64,000 bases of DNA from an uncultured Chloroflexia bacterium (GCA_963713975.1 OY970218.1:2176001-2240000), one strand, 5' to 3'; positions 28,916 through 38,878 are shown, counted from the stretch's first letter. A program made the numbers and translations. Notes: a model not told the origin generated them from the sequence alone.

Positions 28916-29728
28916 ATGACGGATCACGACCCCAGCCATCGTCCGTCGACGCGCACCATGCGCCTCGGCCGCGTGTCCATGCGCCCCGAGACCCACGCCC
29001 GCCTGCGCCAGGACCAGCGCACCGAGGACGAGAAGCTGCTCGCCGCGGACCGTGGCCGTGCGGCCTTCCTGGAGACGGACACCTGGCGGGCGCTGCGGAT
29101 CCTGTCCGAGTTCGTCGAAGGATTCGAGGCACTCGCTGGTGTCGGCCGCGCCGTCGCCGTGTTCGGGTCGGCCAGGACCCCCGACGGGAGCCCGGGCTAC
29201 GAGCAGGCCCGGCAGGTCGGCGCCGAGCTCGCCCAGCGGGGTTTCGCGGTCATCACGGGCGGCGGGCCGGGCTCCATGGAGGCCGCCAACCGGGGTGCCC
29301 AGGAGGCCGGCGGCCTGTCGATCGGCTGCAACATCGAGCTGCCCCGGGAGCAGCACTCCAACCCGTATCTCGACCTGTCGATCGAGTTCCACTACTTCTT
29401 CGCCCGCAAGACGATGTTCGTCAAGTACTCGGACGCGTTCGTGATCATGCCCGGCGGCTTCGGCACGCTGGACGAGTTGTTCGAGTCGCTGACCCTGATC
29501 CAGACGGGCAGGATCCGCAACTTCCCGGTCGTGCTGATGGGCCACGACTACTGGGACGGACTCCTCACCTGGATGCGGGACGTGCAGCTGTCGGCCGGCA
29601 TGATCGCGCCGGAGGACCTCGACCTGCTCCGGGTGACCGACGACCCGGCCGAGGCCGCCGAGATCATTGCGGCCTATGCGGAGGCCAACGGCCTGCGCGA
29701 TGAGGACGCCGGCGTCCCCGCACCCTGA
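28916..29728 (+). CDS. LOG family nucleotide monophosphate hydrolase (TIGR00730)
   Basis: VFGSAR, TGGGPGSMEA, PGGFGTLDE. Confidence 0.92.
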   Translation: MTDHDPSHRPSTRTMRLGRVSMRPETHARLRQDQRTEDEKLLAADRGRAAFLETDTWRALRILSEFVEGFEALAGVGRAVAVFGSARTPDGSPGYEQARQVGAELAQRGFAVITGGGPGSMEAANRGAQEAGGLSIGCNIELPREQHSNPYLDLSIEFHYFFARKTMFVKYSDAFVIMPGGFGTLDELFESLTLIQTGRIRNFPVVLMGHDYWDGLLTWMRDVQLSAGMIAPEDLDLLRVTDDPAEAAEIIAAYAEANGLRDEDAGVPAP

Positions 29729-30205
29729 TCAGGCCGGGACGGCGACCTCGATGACGCCATCCACGATGCGAACCGGGTAGTAGCGGAAGCGGCGGACCCG
29801 GGTCAGGCGGCGGGCGTCGGTCTTGCGGCCGGGCGGATCCTCCTTGGGCTCACGACCCGGCGGGGACCAGACCGGCTCGTAGGTCCCGTCCGGCCTGAGC
29901 CCGCCGGTCGTCGGCATCTGGACGGGATCGCCCGATGCCAGGTCGAACCTGCCGCTGTGGAGCGGACAGGCCACGACACATCCGTCGAGGTCACCGATCG
30001 ACAGCGGCGCGGCCATGTGCGGGCACCGGTCGTCCACCGCGCAGACCCCGAGCGAGGTGTGGGCGAGCAGGACGTCGGTCTCGCCGAGGGTCACGCGTCG
30101 CATGGCGCCCGGTGGAAGGTCCGCGAGAGACAGCACGGCCCGGAACGGCGCGGCTCCGGCCCCCGGAGCAAGCAGCTGTGCATCGAACGGCAGCAGGTCG
30201 GTCAC
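29729..30205 (-). CDS. Rieske 2Fe-2S ferredoxin-like protein
   Basis: CPHM..CPLHSGRF. Confidence 0.85.
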   Translation of the reverse strand: MTDLLPFDAQLLAPGAGAAPFRAVLSLADLPPGAMRRVTLGETDVLLAHTSLGVCAVDDRCPHMAAPLSIGDLDGCVVACPLHSGRFDLASGDPVQMPTTGGLRPDGTYEPVWSPPGREPKEDPPGRKTDARRLTRVRRFRYYPVRIVDGVIEVAVPA

Positions 30206-30322
30206 GTGGCGATGGTAGCGCGGGACATGGAGCGGGACCGGCGCCCGTAGGGACGCCGGGCCGGGAGGAGGAGCGCGGAGGAGCGTGGACGAGAGGCTGT
30301 GAGCGGCGATGAGCGGCGGAGT

Positions 30323-32053
30323 TCAGTCCAGCGCAGGCTCCGGCATCACGCCGGGATCGGAGGGGACGCCCGCTCCGGCCGCCTGCAATTCCTCGATCGC
30401 CTGGGCCACCAGGTTCTCGCGCCCGCCGGCGGTCTGGCGTAGCGGGATCTGCTTCATGAACAGGGTCACGACGAGCAGGGCGACGATGGTGCTGCCCACG
30501 CCGATCAGGAACACCTGGCCGATCGCGAGGCTGAAGGCCTGGTGGATGCCGAACACGATGTTGGGGATGATCGGCCTGACGGCCTCCTGGAACTGCGCAG
30601 GCACCGCCGCGAGGATCGACGCCCCCAGGTCCACGCCCACCTGCACGAAGTTGGTGGCAGCGCCGCCATCCTGGCTGACGAACTGGTTCACCATCTGCGC
30701 CGGGACGCCGGCCGTCACCATCTGGACCGGGATCTCGTCGGTCAGGCGGGTGGCGAACACCGTGCCCAGCGCCGCGAGGCCAACGGATCCACCGATCTGT
30801 CGGAAGAACGTGAGGTTGGAGGTCGCGACGCCAAGGGCTCGCACAGGGACCGCGTTCTGCACGACGATCGTGAACACGCCGAGCGTGGGCCCGATGCCCA
30901 GGCCGGTGATGAACATCCAGGCCCAGAGGACCGGCAGCGGCGTGTCCGCCTTGATGCCGGACATCAGGTACAGGCCCACGGCCATGACCGCCAGGCCGGC
31001 CACGATCACCGCTTTGTACATGCCGGTCTTCGAGACCAGGATCCCGGACCCCACGGAGCTGATGATGATGCCGGCCAGCAGCGCCAGCGTGTACAGGCCG
31101 GAGTTGGTCGGCGTCGCGCCCTGCACAAACTGGAACCATTGCGGCAGGAAGACCGCCGCCCCGAAGAACCCCACGCTCACGAGGAACGTGGCGACGATGG
31201 AGGACGCGTAGGTCCGATCCTTCCACAGCCCGAGCGGGACGATGGGCTCCTTGGCCCGCGACTCGATGAACACGAACACGGCGCCGAGCAGCAGGCCGAA
31301 CACGACGAGCCCGCCGACATCGGGCGTGCCCCAGTCGTTGGTCTGCTTGTTGGTGAGCCCGATCAGGAAGGCCGTGACCGCCACCGTGAACACGGCGCCA
31401 CCGAGGTAGTCGAAGTTGTGGCTGGCGTCGGGGCGCTTGACCGTGGGCAGCAGGCGGGCGATGACCGCGAGCGCCACGATCCCGATCGGGATGTTGATGA
31501 AGAAGATGAGGTGCCACGACCAGTTCTCGGTGAGGAAGCCGCCGAGGAGCGGGCCGAGGATGGCCGCTACGCCGAACACGGCCCCGAACAGGCCCTGGTA
31601 CTTGCCGCGCTCCTGGGGGGTGAACAGGTCGCCGATCACCGCGAGGCTGATTGGGAAGAGCGCTCCGGCGCCGAGCCCCTGGATGCCCCGGAAGAGGATC
31701 AGCTGGGTCATGTTCTGGCTGAGACCCGACAGCGCCGAGCCGATCAGGAAGATCGTGATGCCGATCATCAGCAACGGTTTGCGGCCGTACAGGTCGGACA
31801 GCTTGCCGTAGAACGGCACCGTGATCGTGGAGGTCAGCAGGTAGATCGTGATGGTCCAGGTCAGGAGCGACTGGCCGCCGAGGTCGGTGACGATGGTGGG
31901 CAGGGCGACCGCGACGATCGTCTGGTCCAGCGCGCCCAGGAAGAGCGCCAGCAGGATCGCGAACAGGATCTCCATCTTCGCCCGATGCGAGAGATCGAGG
32001 GCACCGAGACCGTGGCTGGGGGCGTCGTCGTGACCCGTGGGCATGGCTTCCAA
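30323..32053 (-). CDS. DHA2/EmrB-type MFS multidrug efflux transporter
   Basis: LDQTIV, GKLSDLYGRK, RGIQGLG, 14-TM pattern. Confidence 0.92.
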   Translation of the reverse strand: MEAMPTGHDDAPSHGLGALDLSHRAKMEILFAILLALFLGALDQTIVAVALPTIVTDLGGQSLLTWTITIYLLTSTITVPFYGKLSDLYGRKPLLMIGITIFLIGSALSGLSQNMTQLILFRGIQGLGAGALFPISLAVIGDLFTPQERGKYQGLFGAVFGVAAILGPLLGGFLTENWSWHLIFFINIPIGIVALAVIARLLPTVKRPDASHNFDYLGGAVFTVAVTAFLIGLTNKQTNDWGTPDVGGLVVFGLLLGAVFVFIESRAKEPIVPLGLWKDRTYASSIVATFLVSVGFFGAAVFLPQWFQFVQGATPTNSGLYTLALLAGIIISSVGSGILVSKTGMYKAVIVAGLAVMAVGLYLMSGIKADTPLPVLWAWMFITGLGIGPTLGVFTIVVQNAVPVRALGVATSNLTFFRQIGGSVGLAALGTVFATRLTDEIPVQMVTAGVPAQMVNQFVSQDGGAATNFVQVGVDLGASILAAVPAQFQEAVRPIIPNIVFGIHQAFSLAIGQVFLIGVGSTIVALLVVTLFMKQIPLRQTAGGRENLVAQAIEELQAAGAGVPSDPGVMPEPALD

Positions 32054-32067
32054 GAAGGTTCCTTTCG

Positions 32068-32640
32068 TCAGGCGCCGACGGGGATGTCGCCGGGGGACGT
32101 GGCCTTGGCCGCGGGGCTGTTCGCGCGATCGTGGTCACAGGTGGTCGGGGCGGCATAGCGGTCCGGGTCGCTGGCGATCTCTGCCTCGACGGCGGTCCGC
32201 AGCTCCGCCGTTGCGGCTGCAAGTTGTTCCAGCGCCACGGTGGACATCCGCTCCAGGGCGGCCCGGATGATGTCGCTTCGCGTGAATTCGGCCTCGTCCA
32301 CGAGGGCAAGGCCGGTGGCCGTCGGTCGCACCAGCACGATCCGCCGGTCGTCCGGGACGCGGACCCGCTCGACGAGCCCGCGTTCCTCCATCCGGTCGAC
32401 GATCCCGGTCGCGCTGGACATCGAGGCGTCCAGGATCTCGGCCAGGCGGCCCATCGGCATCGCGTCGTGGTGACGGAGCAGCGTTAGGACATGGAAATGG
32501 GTCATGCTGATCCCGAGCCGCAGAAGGCGCTGGGACCCCACGCAGCGGAGCGACCCGACCGCATGGCCGAGGCCGGCGATCGCGTCCTCCGCGGCCCGGA
32601 GGCGGGCGTCCTCCACGCTGGAGGTGATAGTGGTTCGCAT
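32068..32640 (-). CDS. MarR family transcriptional regulator
   Basis: ATGIVDRMEERGLVER..DDRR wHTH; upstream of the MFS gene. Confidence 0.9.
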   Translation of the reverse strand: MRTTITSSVEDARLRAAEDAIAGLGHAVGSLRCVGSQRLLRLGISMTHFHVLTLLRHHDAMPMGRLAEILDASMSSATGIVDRMEERGLVERVRVPDDRRIVLVRPTATGLALVDEAEFTRSDIIRAALERMSTVALEQLAAATAELRTAVEAEIASDPDRYAAPTTCDHDRANSPAAKATSPGDIPVGA

Positions 32641-32649
32641 GGAGTAAAG

Positions 32650-32668
32650 TATTTACGCCAAGTGAATA
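32650..32668. promoter_or_regulatory. Putative MarR operator palindrome within the marR promoter
   Basis: TATTTAC-N5-GTGAATA (1 mismatch) in an AT-rich patch; TTGACA on the minus strand at 32673-32678. Confidence 0.55.
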
Positions 32669-32711
32669 GTCCTGTCAAGCAGGACTGTTTGCCCGATACG
32701 GAGGATCGCTG

Positions 32712-33677
32712 GTGCGCATCGCCCTGATGATCGAGCCCCAGATGGGCCTTACCTACGACGAACAGCTGGCGATCGCCCGACGCGCCGAGGCTGCGGGCTT
32801 CGAGACCCTGTTCCGGTCCGACCACTACGAGAGCTTCCCGGGTGAGTCCGGCGGGCACACCACCGATGCCTGGGCGGTGCTGGCCGGCCTGGCCAGGGAC
32901 ACCGCGACGATCGGCCTGGGCGTCCTGGTGTCGCCGGTCACGTTCCGGACACCCGGCAACCTCGCCAAGGTCGTGGCGACAGTCGACGAGATGAGCGGCG
33001 GGCGCATCGAGGTGGGCCTCGGGGCCGGCTGGCACGCGGACGAGCACCGGCGTCACGGGTTCCCGTTCCCGGAGATCGGGGAGCGGGCAGAGCAGCTGGA
33101 GGAGACGCTCGAGATCCTGCACGGCCTGTGGGACGAGCCCGACGGCTGGTCCTTCACGGGCAGCCACTACGCGGTCGAGGACGCCCTCTTCTACCCCAAG
33201 CCGGGTGCATTGCCGGGACGGGATGGGCGACGCCCCAACATCCTCGTGGGCGGACAGGGCACGCCGCGCTCGTTCCGGATCGCCGCCCGGTACGCGGACG
33301 AGTTCAACCTCTCCTCCACCAGCCCAGATGGCGCGGCCGCCAAGTTCGCCCAGCTCGACGACGCGGTGCGGACCATCGGGCGTGAGCCCGGATCGCTCGT
33401 CCACTCGGTGATGGCGGGCGTCCTCATCGGCCGTGACGCGGACGAGGTCGCGCGCAGGCAGCGCGACCTGATGGCGGTGTTCGGGAGCGACGACGCGGAA
33501 TCGGAGGCATGGATCGAGACCCGTCGCCCGCGCTGGGTGCTGGGCACGCCCGAGGAGGCGCGCGAGGTGGTCCGCCGGTTCGCCGAGATTGGCGCCGAGC
33601 GGATCATGCTGCAGGACTTCCTGCCCCGTGACCTCGACATGATCGACCTCGCGGCCGAGGCGCTGCTCGGTGCCTGA
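32712..33677 (+). CDS. LLM-class (probably F420-dependent) oxidoreductase
   Basis: FRSDH, LVSPVTFR, SGGRIEVGLGAGW, AARYADEFN. Confidence 0.88.
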   Translation: MRIALMIEPQMGLTYDEQLAIARRAEAAGFETLFRSDHYESFPGESGGHTTDAWAVLAGLARDTATIGLGVLVSPVTFRTPGNLAKVVATVDEMSGGRIEVGLGAGWHADEHRRHGFPFPEIGERAEQLEETLEILHGLWDEPDGWSFTGSHYAVEDALFYPKPGALPGRDGRRPNILVGGQGTPRSFRIAARYADEFNLSSTSPDGAAAKFAQLDDAVRTIGREPGSLVHSVMAGVLIGRDADEVARRQRDLMAVFGSDDAESEAWIETRRPRWVLGTPEEAREVVRRFAEIGAERIMLQDFLPRDLDMIDLAAEALLGA

Positions 33678-33716
33678 TGGCCCGGGATCAGCCCTCGGAC
33701 GGGCAGGGTGCGGGGA

Positions 33717-34955
33717 TCAGCCCTCGGCTGCGTCCGCCAACTCGGCCGCTCGCAGGTAGACCGGGTCGTCGCGGCGGATCGGGTCGGGGTTCGTGCCGCA
33801 GGCTTGTGCGATCGCGAGCGTGACCAGCTGGATCGGGCCCGCGGCCCCCAGGAGCGAGGCTGGAGCGTTGGGCATGGTCGGGTGCTCCGGAACCACGATC
33901 CGGCCGGCCGGCGTGAGGTCGGCCGGGATACGGGACGCCGCGTCAGCACCCAGGATCGCCGCGCAGCGGACGCCCGTCGCCGCGGCGGCCGCGAGGGCCT
34001 GGCGGGCGCGGCGGGTCCGTGCATCGGGTTCGCCACGCTCCAGCAGGACCAGCACCAGTGCGGTGCCGCTACCGGTCGCCGGCAGGTGCCCGTGCAGGAA
34101 CGTCTCCAGGTCCCGCATCGCCGATGGCACCCAGGCCGCCTCCTCCACCTTGAGCGTCAACTCCCGGGCGGTGACGCGGTCGGCACCGGACCCCACGACC
34201 AGAAGGTTCGCGGCGGAGGACACGACGGCACCGATCTGCTCGCCGGGACGCATGCCGTCCGCTGCGGCCGCATGTGCCGCCTCGATCCCATGCGCCAGCC
34301 GGTCTCGGAGCCGATCGGGATTGGGCGTGCCGCCGGCCAGGATGCCGGCCGTGACGGTGGCCGCCGCGAGCGGTGAGGTGTAGCCCACCGTGTGGCACCA
34401 GCTGCGGTCCATCTCGACCGTGGCCAGCACGATATCGGCGGCCGCCGCGGCAGGTGCCCCGGCACTGGCCGTGACGAGGGCCGTGCGGGCTCCACGTGCC
34501 CGGGCCGCCTCGAGTGCAGCGATCGTCGCGGCCGTGCCGCCCTCGTGGCTGATCCCGATCACGAGGCCGCGGTCCGGCGCGTCCAGCGCCAGCTCGAACG
34601 CCTGGACGGACACGGGCCCCCACCCGGGCAGCCCCGCCGCCCGCCATCCGTCACGCAGGATCGCGGCCGTGCCCATCGCGCCGTGCTCGGAGGTGCCGCA
34701 GCCCGTGACGATGACCGGGTCGCCGGCCGCAGCAGCCTCGCGTATGGCCGCGGCGAGGGCGGCCGCGGAACCATCGGCGGCCAGCGCCGCGCCGATCCGC
34801 GCCGCCAGCGCCGGTTGCGCGGCGATCATCTCGGCCATGGCCCACGGTGGCCCGGCGCGGAGGGCGGGCATCGGGAGGTAGTCCCAGGGTTCGGGTGCCC
34901 CGGTCAGGGGCGCGTCGGGGTCGAAGGAGCCGAGGGTCGCGCGCAGATCGTCCAT
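33717..34955 (-). CDS. SIS domain sugar-phosphate isomerase/deglycase-like protein
   Basis: TGCGTS, ISHEGGT, LKVEE, ETFLHG tandem SIS motifs. Confidence 0.8.
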   Translation of the reverse strand: MDDLRATLGSFDPDAPLTGAPEPWDYLPMPALRAGPPWAMAEMIAAQPALAARIGAALAADGSAAALAAAIREAAAAGDPVIVTGCGTSEHGAMGTAAILRDGWRAAGLPGWGPVSVQAFELALDAPDRGLVIGISHEGGTAATIAALEAARARGARTALVTASAGAPAAAAADIVLATVEMDRSWCHTVGYTSPLAAATVTAGILAGGTPNPDRLRDRLAHGIEAAHAAAADGMRPGEQIGAVVSSAANLLVVGSGADRVTARELTLKVEEAAWVPSAMRDLETFLHGHLPATGSGTALVLVLLERGEPDARTRRARQALAAAAATGVRCAAILGADAASRIPADLTPAGRIVVPEHPTMPNAPASLLGAAGPIQLVTLAIAQACGTNPDPIRRDDPVYLRAAELADAAEG

Positions 34956-35036
34956 CGGGCGATGGTAGGGGAGGGAGGACGGGTGATCGTCGGCTGTCCC
35001 GCCGGGCGGCCGTACCGGTTCTGCCGGGCGCGGCCG

Positions 35037-35588
35037 TCAGTCCGCGTCGCGACCGCGCGCCAGCAGGTCGGCGGGCGGGGGCCCGATCCGCCCGATGCGC
35101 CGGGCCGGCCCGTACCGGAACCAGGCACGGCCCAGCAGGGCATCGATCGGCACGGGACCGTAACGGCGGGAGTCGTTGGCTGCGCCGTGGCCCGCCGCCG
35201 CGAGACCCTCGTCGGTGGCGTCGCCCAGGAGCCACGCCTCATCCTCGGCGAGCTGGAGCCAGCCGTCCGCGAACGGCACCCAGTCATCCGGCCGGGCGGC
35301 GACACGCTTGATCGCCAGCACGTCCGTGAACGGCTCGCGGAAGACCACCACGCTCCCGCGGCGCGGCCAGCGTGCGACGGTCGGGTCAACCAGGAGCCAG
35401 TCGCCGGGCTCGATCGAGGGCCCCATGGAGCCTTCGACGACGGTGACCCGCCACAGGCCCCTGAGCCCACGTGGGCCGCCGCCAGCCCGCGCGCGGCCGC
35501 GGGTCACACGCCCGCGATCGCCACCCGCCGGCGTCTGGCCAGGATGCGACGAGGCCCCGTCGTGGGACGGGGCCTCGGGGTCAGGCAT
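35037..35588 (-). CDS. sodX: S26 peptidase, NiSOD maturation protease
   Basis: VEGSMGPS, IKRV, LLGD..SRRYGPV; directly downstream of sodN. Confidence 0.8.
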   Translation of the reverse strand: MPDPEAPSHDGASSHPGQTPAGGDRGRVTRGRARAGGGPRGLRGLWRVTVVEGSMGPSIEPGDWLLVDPTVARWPRRGSVVVFREPFTDVLAIKRVAARPDDWVPFADGWLQLAEDEAWLLGDATDEGLAAAGHGAANDSRRYGPVPIDALLGRAWFRYGPARRIGRIGPPPADLLARGRDAD

Positions 35589-35598
35589 GCCGGCAGGA

Positions 35599-36030
35599 TC
35601 AGCCGGGGCGTCCGGCCACGCGGGTCTTGCCCTCGCCGCCGGTCACCTTCCAGGCCGCGTCGACCTCGTCGATGAGGTTGAGCAGCAACTTCGCGTCGGC
35701 GAGATCGGTCGACGCCTTGACCTTGCTGACCTGCTTGTTCGCGTTCCAGAAGAGCTCGTGCAGGTTCGGCACGGCCTCAAGGTGCTCCGGCTTGAAGTAG
35801 TCGTGCCACAGGACGTCGAGGTGGTGCTTCACGAGGTCCGCGCGCTGCTCCTTGATCGCGATCGCGCGAACGCGGAACGCCGGATCCTCGTTGGCCGCGT
35901 ACTTCTCGACGATTCGGTAGCAGGACTCCGCCTCGATGCGAGCCTGCTCCGGGTCGTAGACGCCGCACGGGAGGTCGCAGTGCGCGTGCACCACGGTCCG
36001 CGGGGCGACGATGCGGGTGAGGATGGACAT
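35599..36030 (-). CDS. sodN: Nickel superoxide dismutase
   Basis: Ni-hook AHCDLPCGVYDP; LWHDYFK; RBS GGAGG. Confidence 0.96.
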   Translation of the reverse strand: MSILTRIVAPRTVVHAHCDLPCGVYDPEQARIEAESCYRIVEKYAANEDPAFRVRAIAIKEQRADLVKHHLDVLWHDYFKPEHLEAVPNLHELFWNANKQVSKVKASTDLADAKLLLNLIDEVDAAWKVTGGEGKTRVAGRPG

Positions 36031-36099
36031 GTGTGGACCTCCGGGCAGTGGTCGACGCGGCGTTCCGTGGTGGTGCGGAGCCCTGGCGCCTCTGCTCGA

Positions 36100-36129
36100 A
36101 GTGTCCGGGTGCGGTACGAGGACTGTCAA
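36100..36129 (-). promoter_or_regulatory. Putative sigma70-type promoter of sodN
   Basis: Perfect TTGACA (36129-36124) and GACACT (36105-36100) with 18-nt spacer. Confidence 0.5.
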
Positions 36130-36143
36130 ACGTCCCCGCTGGC

Positions 36144-36173
36144 CTTGTGCGTCAAGGACGGTTGGTAAGTCCT
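36144..36173 (+). repeat. Left TIR of element A
   Basis: CTTGTGCGTCAAGGACGGTTGGTAAGTCCT is the reverse complement of 38879-38908. Confidence 0.93.
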
Positions 36174-36225
36174 GCCCCGTCCGTGCCATAGAACCTGTCG
36201 CAGCGGTCGGGCACGCTCCGTGTCG

Positions 36226-38163
36226 ATGGACGTGGCGAGCACAGGACTGGGCAGGACGGGACGACCGAGGCTCGTCGTCGCCAACCGCCCGACGGCGTGC
36301 TCGAAGGGACACAAGGGCAGCATCACGCTGTGGGGTAGGCGCGACTGGACGAGCGCGCCCTACCGCCGCCAGCGGTTCCGGTGCGTGCCCGCCGACGGCT
36401 CGGGTCCGCACACGTTCTCGCTCGGACGCCGCCGCCCGAGTGACGCGCACGGAGCGGGCGAGGAGTGCCTGACCTGCGACGTGAAGCCGGGCGTCGCCCA
36501 GGGGCCGATCTCGCCGCCGGACCACCTCCACACGGCGGTCGAGATCGCGCGCCTGCTCCAGCTTGTCGCGGAGGGGACCTCGCTGCGGAAGGCCAGCCGC
36601 ACGATCCGGCTCGAAGCACACCGCTACGTCGAGGATGCCCACGGGTTCCGGCACACGAGCCGCCAGCACACGCTCGCCGCCCGCTACCTGGACCTGTTCG
36701 GCACCGCGATCGATAAGCATCTCGCGCCGACCCGGTGCCCCCGGATCCTGATCCTCGATTCCAAGCCGCTCAACCTGCGGGCCTACGGCGCGGACGACCT
36801 CGACCCGGCGTGGAACCGCGAGGAGCGCGGCGGCGCGGTCCTGATCGCGGTCGGCGGCGACGACCCCAAGCAGGCGATGCTGCCGTGGCGGATCGGACTC
36901 GCCCCCGACGAGACAGGGCGCTCGTGGTTCGACTTCCTCGACGAGATCGACCCGGACGGCCCCGGACCCGAGTGGGTGATCGCGGACGGCGCGGGCGCGA
37001 TCGCCAACGCCGTGCAGCGAAGGTGGCCCAATGCCAACTTCTACTCGTGCGAGTTCCACCTGCGCAGGCTGATCAAGGAGCACGCGCGCAGCGACGGCAT
37101 CGACCCCGAGCACGCTGGCCACGCTGACCTCTTCCGCAAGGCCCAGTGGTCGAACCACAACTGGGACGCACTCCGGGCGTTCGCCGTCGCACGGCAGGCG
37201 GTCGCGCTCGACGGCTGGTGCCGCACCAACGACGCGCTGATCCGCCAGCAGGTCGGGCTCCACCGCCAGTTCTTCGGGTTCCCCCGCAGCAACGCCGCCG
37301 CCGAGCGGATCCTCGACTGGATCGACCGCCGGTTCGGGAAGCGCCGGCGCTACTCGCTCCGCAACGCAGGCCGACTCCAGCTCGTGCTCGCGCTCGTCCG
37401 CGCCTACCACGCGGGCCAGGCCGACCTCGCCACCTTCGCCGGCATCGTCAAGGCGACGATGCGCGACCTGCGGCCCGACCAGCACTTCGCCTGGACCTCA
37501 CGGCACGACCCCCGCGGCTCGCTGTGCTCGATCGGCCAGCTCATCGTCGATGCCCACGACCGGGCCGCGAAGGGCAAGGCGACCTACGACGCGGCGGCGA
37601 AGGCGCGCTCGGTAATCGCCAATGTCGCCGCTCTCAACGCGTCGCTCGCGGAGATCGGCCTGCCGCCGATGGAGGCGACCGTCGCGCCCGGTCGCGCGAC
37701 GGCCTCGGTCAAGGTGAAGGGCAAGATGCTGACCGACTTCCCGCTCGTCCTGCGCGACTGGGACAGCGTGGCGAACAACCGACTCGCGTCGTCGGTGAAG
37801 GCGGGTTCGGGCTACAAGGCGCACTGGAAGTGCCACAGGTGCGGGCACACCTGGGAGGCCGAGGTCGCCCAGCGCACGGCGCGCCAGACGCGCTGCCAGC
37901 GGTGCTCGACCGAGCGGGCCGACGGCCTCAACGCGCTCGCGTCCATCCGGCCAGACCTCGTGCGCGAGTGGGACACGGCGGCGAACGCGCCGCTGCGCCC
38001 GGACAGGATCAAGGCGACCTACGATAAGGCGGTGCGCTGGATCTGCCCCGACGACCCCGAGCACCCCGGCTACAAGATGTCGCCCTTCACGCGGGCGAAG
38101 CTGCCGGTCGGCTGCCCCCTGTGCCGGCGACTGGCGAGGAATCGGCTCAAACGCGCTGCCTGA
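36226..38163 (+). CDS. Mutator/IS256-like DDE transposase fused to two C-terminal DUF4379-like zinc ribbons
   Basis: N-terminal Cys/His finger and HTH (EGTSLRKASR); LILD, VIADG, CEFH, SNAAAE; C-terminal WKCHRCGHTW..RCQRC and WICPDDPEH..GCPLC. Confidence 0.85.
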   Translation: MDVASTGLGRTGRPRLVVANRPTACSKGHKGSITLWGRRDWTSAPYRRQRFRCVPADGSGPHTFSLGRRRPSDAHGAGEECLTCDVKPGVAQGPISPPDHLHTAVEIARLLQLVAEGTSLRKASRTIRLEAHRYVEDAHGFRHTSRQHTLAARYLDLFGTAIDKHLAPTRCPRILILDSKPLNLRAYGADDLDPAWNREERGGAVLIAVGGDDPKQAMLPWRIGLAPDETGRSWFDFLDEIDPDGPGPEWVIADGAGAIANAVQRRWPNANFYSCEFHLRRLIKEHARSDGIDPEHAGHADLFRKAQWSNHNWDALRAFAVARQAVALDGWCRTNDALIRQQVGLHRQFFGFPRSNAAAERILDWIDRRFGKRRRYSLRNAGRLQLVLALVRAYHAGQADLATFAGIVKATMRDLRPDQHFAWTSRHDPRGSLCSIGQLIVDAHDRAAKGKATYDAAAKARSVIANVAALNASLAEIGLPPMEATVAPGRATASVKVKGKMLTDFPLVLRDWDSVANNRLASSVKAGSGYKAHWKCHRCGHTWEAEVAQRTARQTRCQRCSTERADGLNALASIRPDLVREWDTAANAPLRPDRIKATYDKAVRWICPDDPEHPGYKMSPFTRAKLPVGCPLCRRLARNRLKRAA

Positions 38164-38818
38164 TCCGGGCGCGCGCACCGAGCCGTGCGAACACCGCTCC
38201 GAACGTGACAACGAATGACAGGACGAGGGCGATGGCGGGCTGCGGCCCTCCACTGTCCGGCTGTTGGGGAGTGGTCGCAGTGTCAGGAACCGGACTTCGC
38301 TCCACCAGTGCGACGATCTCGGACAGGGCCGTTGCCCTCCGGGCCGCCGCCGGCCAGAACGCCCGGTCGCGGCCCGACTGAAGGGCCTCCGCAGCGAAGG
38401 ACCAGGCAACCCCTTCCCGACGCCAGATGAGGATCTGCCCGAACAGGCTCGGGTTCTCGACGAGATCAAGCCGGTCGAGCGCGATAAAGACCCGATCGCC
38501 CTCTCGCAGGCCCGCAGGCCGGAGGAAGCTACAGCCGACATCCCACCCGTTGAGTCGCAACTCGTCCCGGACGCGGCCACGGTATGTCTTCTCGACGGTG
38601 AGTTCGACGTGCCAGTCGAACGGTGCCGAGTCGGCCATCGGCGGATCCACTGTCCGGGAGACCTCGGCGACTGTCGCTATGAAGGCGACCTTGACCGGAA
38701 TGCGATCGTCGCGGCTCGGCGGAGGGGGCCAGCACTCGGCGCGAACCGGCGTGATGGCGAAGAGCAGGAGCGCGACGGCGCAGCCCCCAGAACCGATGAT
38801 GCTCCGGCGCGACGGCAC
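38147..38818 (-). CDS. Passenger A: secreted TIMP/NTR-like protein with C-terminal PDTAT sorting signal
   Basis: RBS GGGAGG and GTG; signal peptide ending PVRA|EC; second Cys (VGCSF); VPDTAT + TM + basic tail. Confidence 0.75.
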   Translation of the reverse strand: MPSRRSIIGSGGCAVALLLFAITPVRAECWPPPPSRDDRIPVKVAFIATVAEVSRTVDPPMADSAPFDWHVELTVEKTYRGRVRDELRLNGWDVGCSFLRPAGLREGDRVFIALDRLDLVENPSLFGQILIWRREGVAWSFAAEALQSGRDRAFWPAAARRATALSEIVALVERSPVPDTATTPQQPDSGGPQPAIALVLSFVVTFGAVFARLGARARIRQRV

Positions 38819-38878
38819 CAAGATCCTCCCTGCGATCGATCGCTCGTGAGACGCTACGGGTCTGCGCCGGGTGACGCA

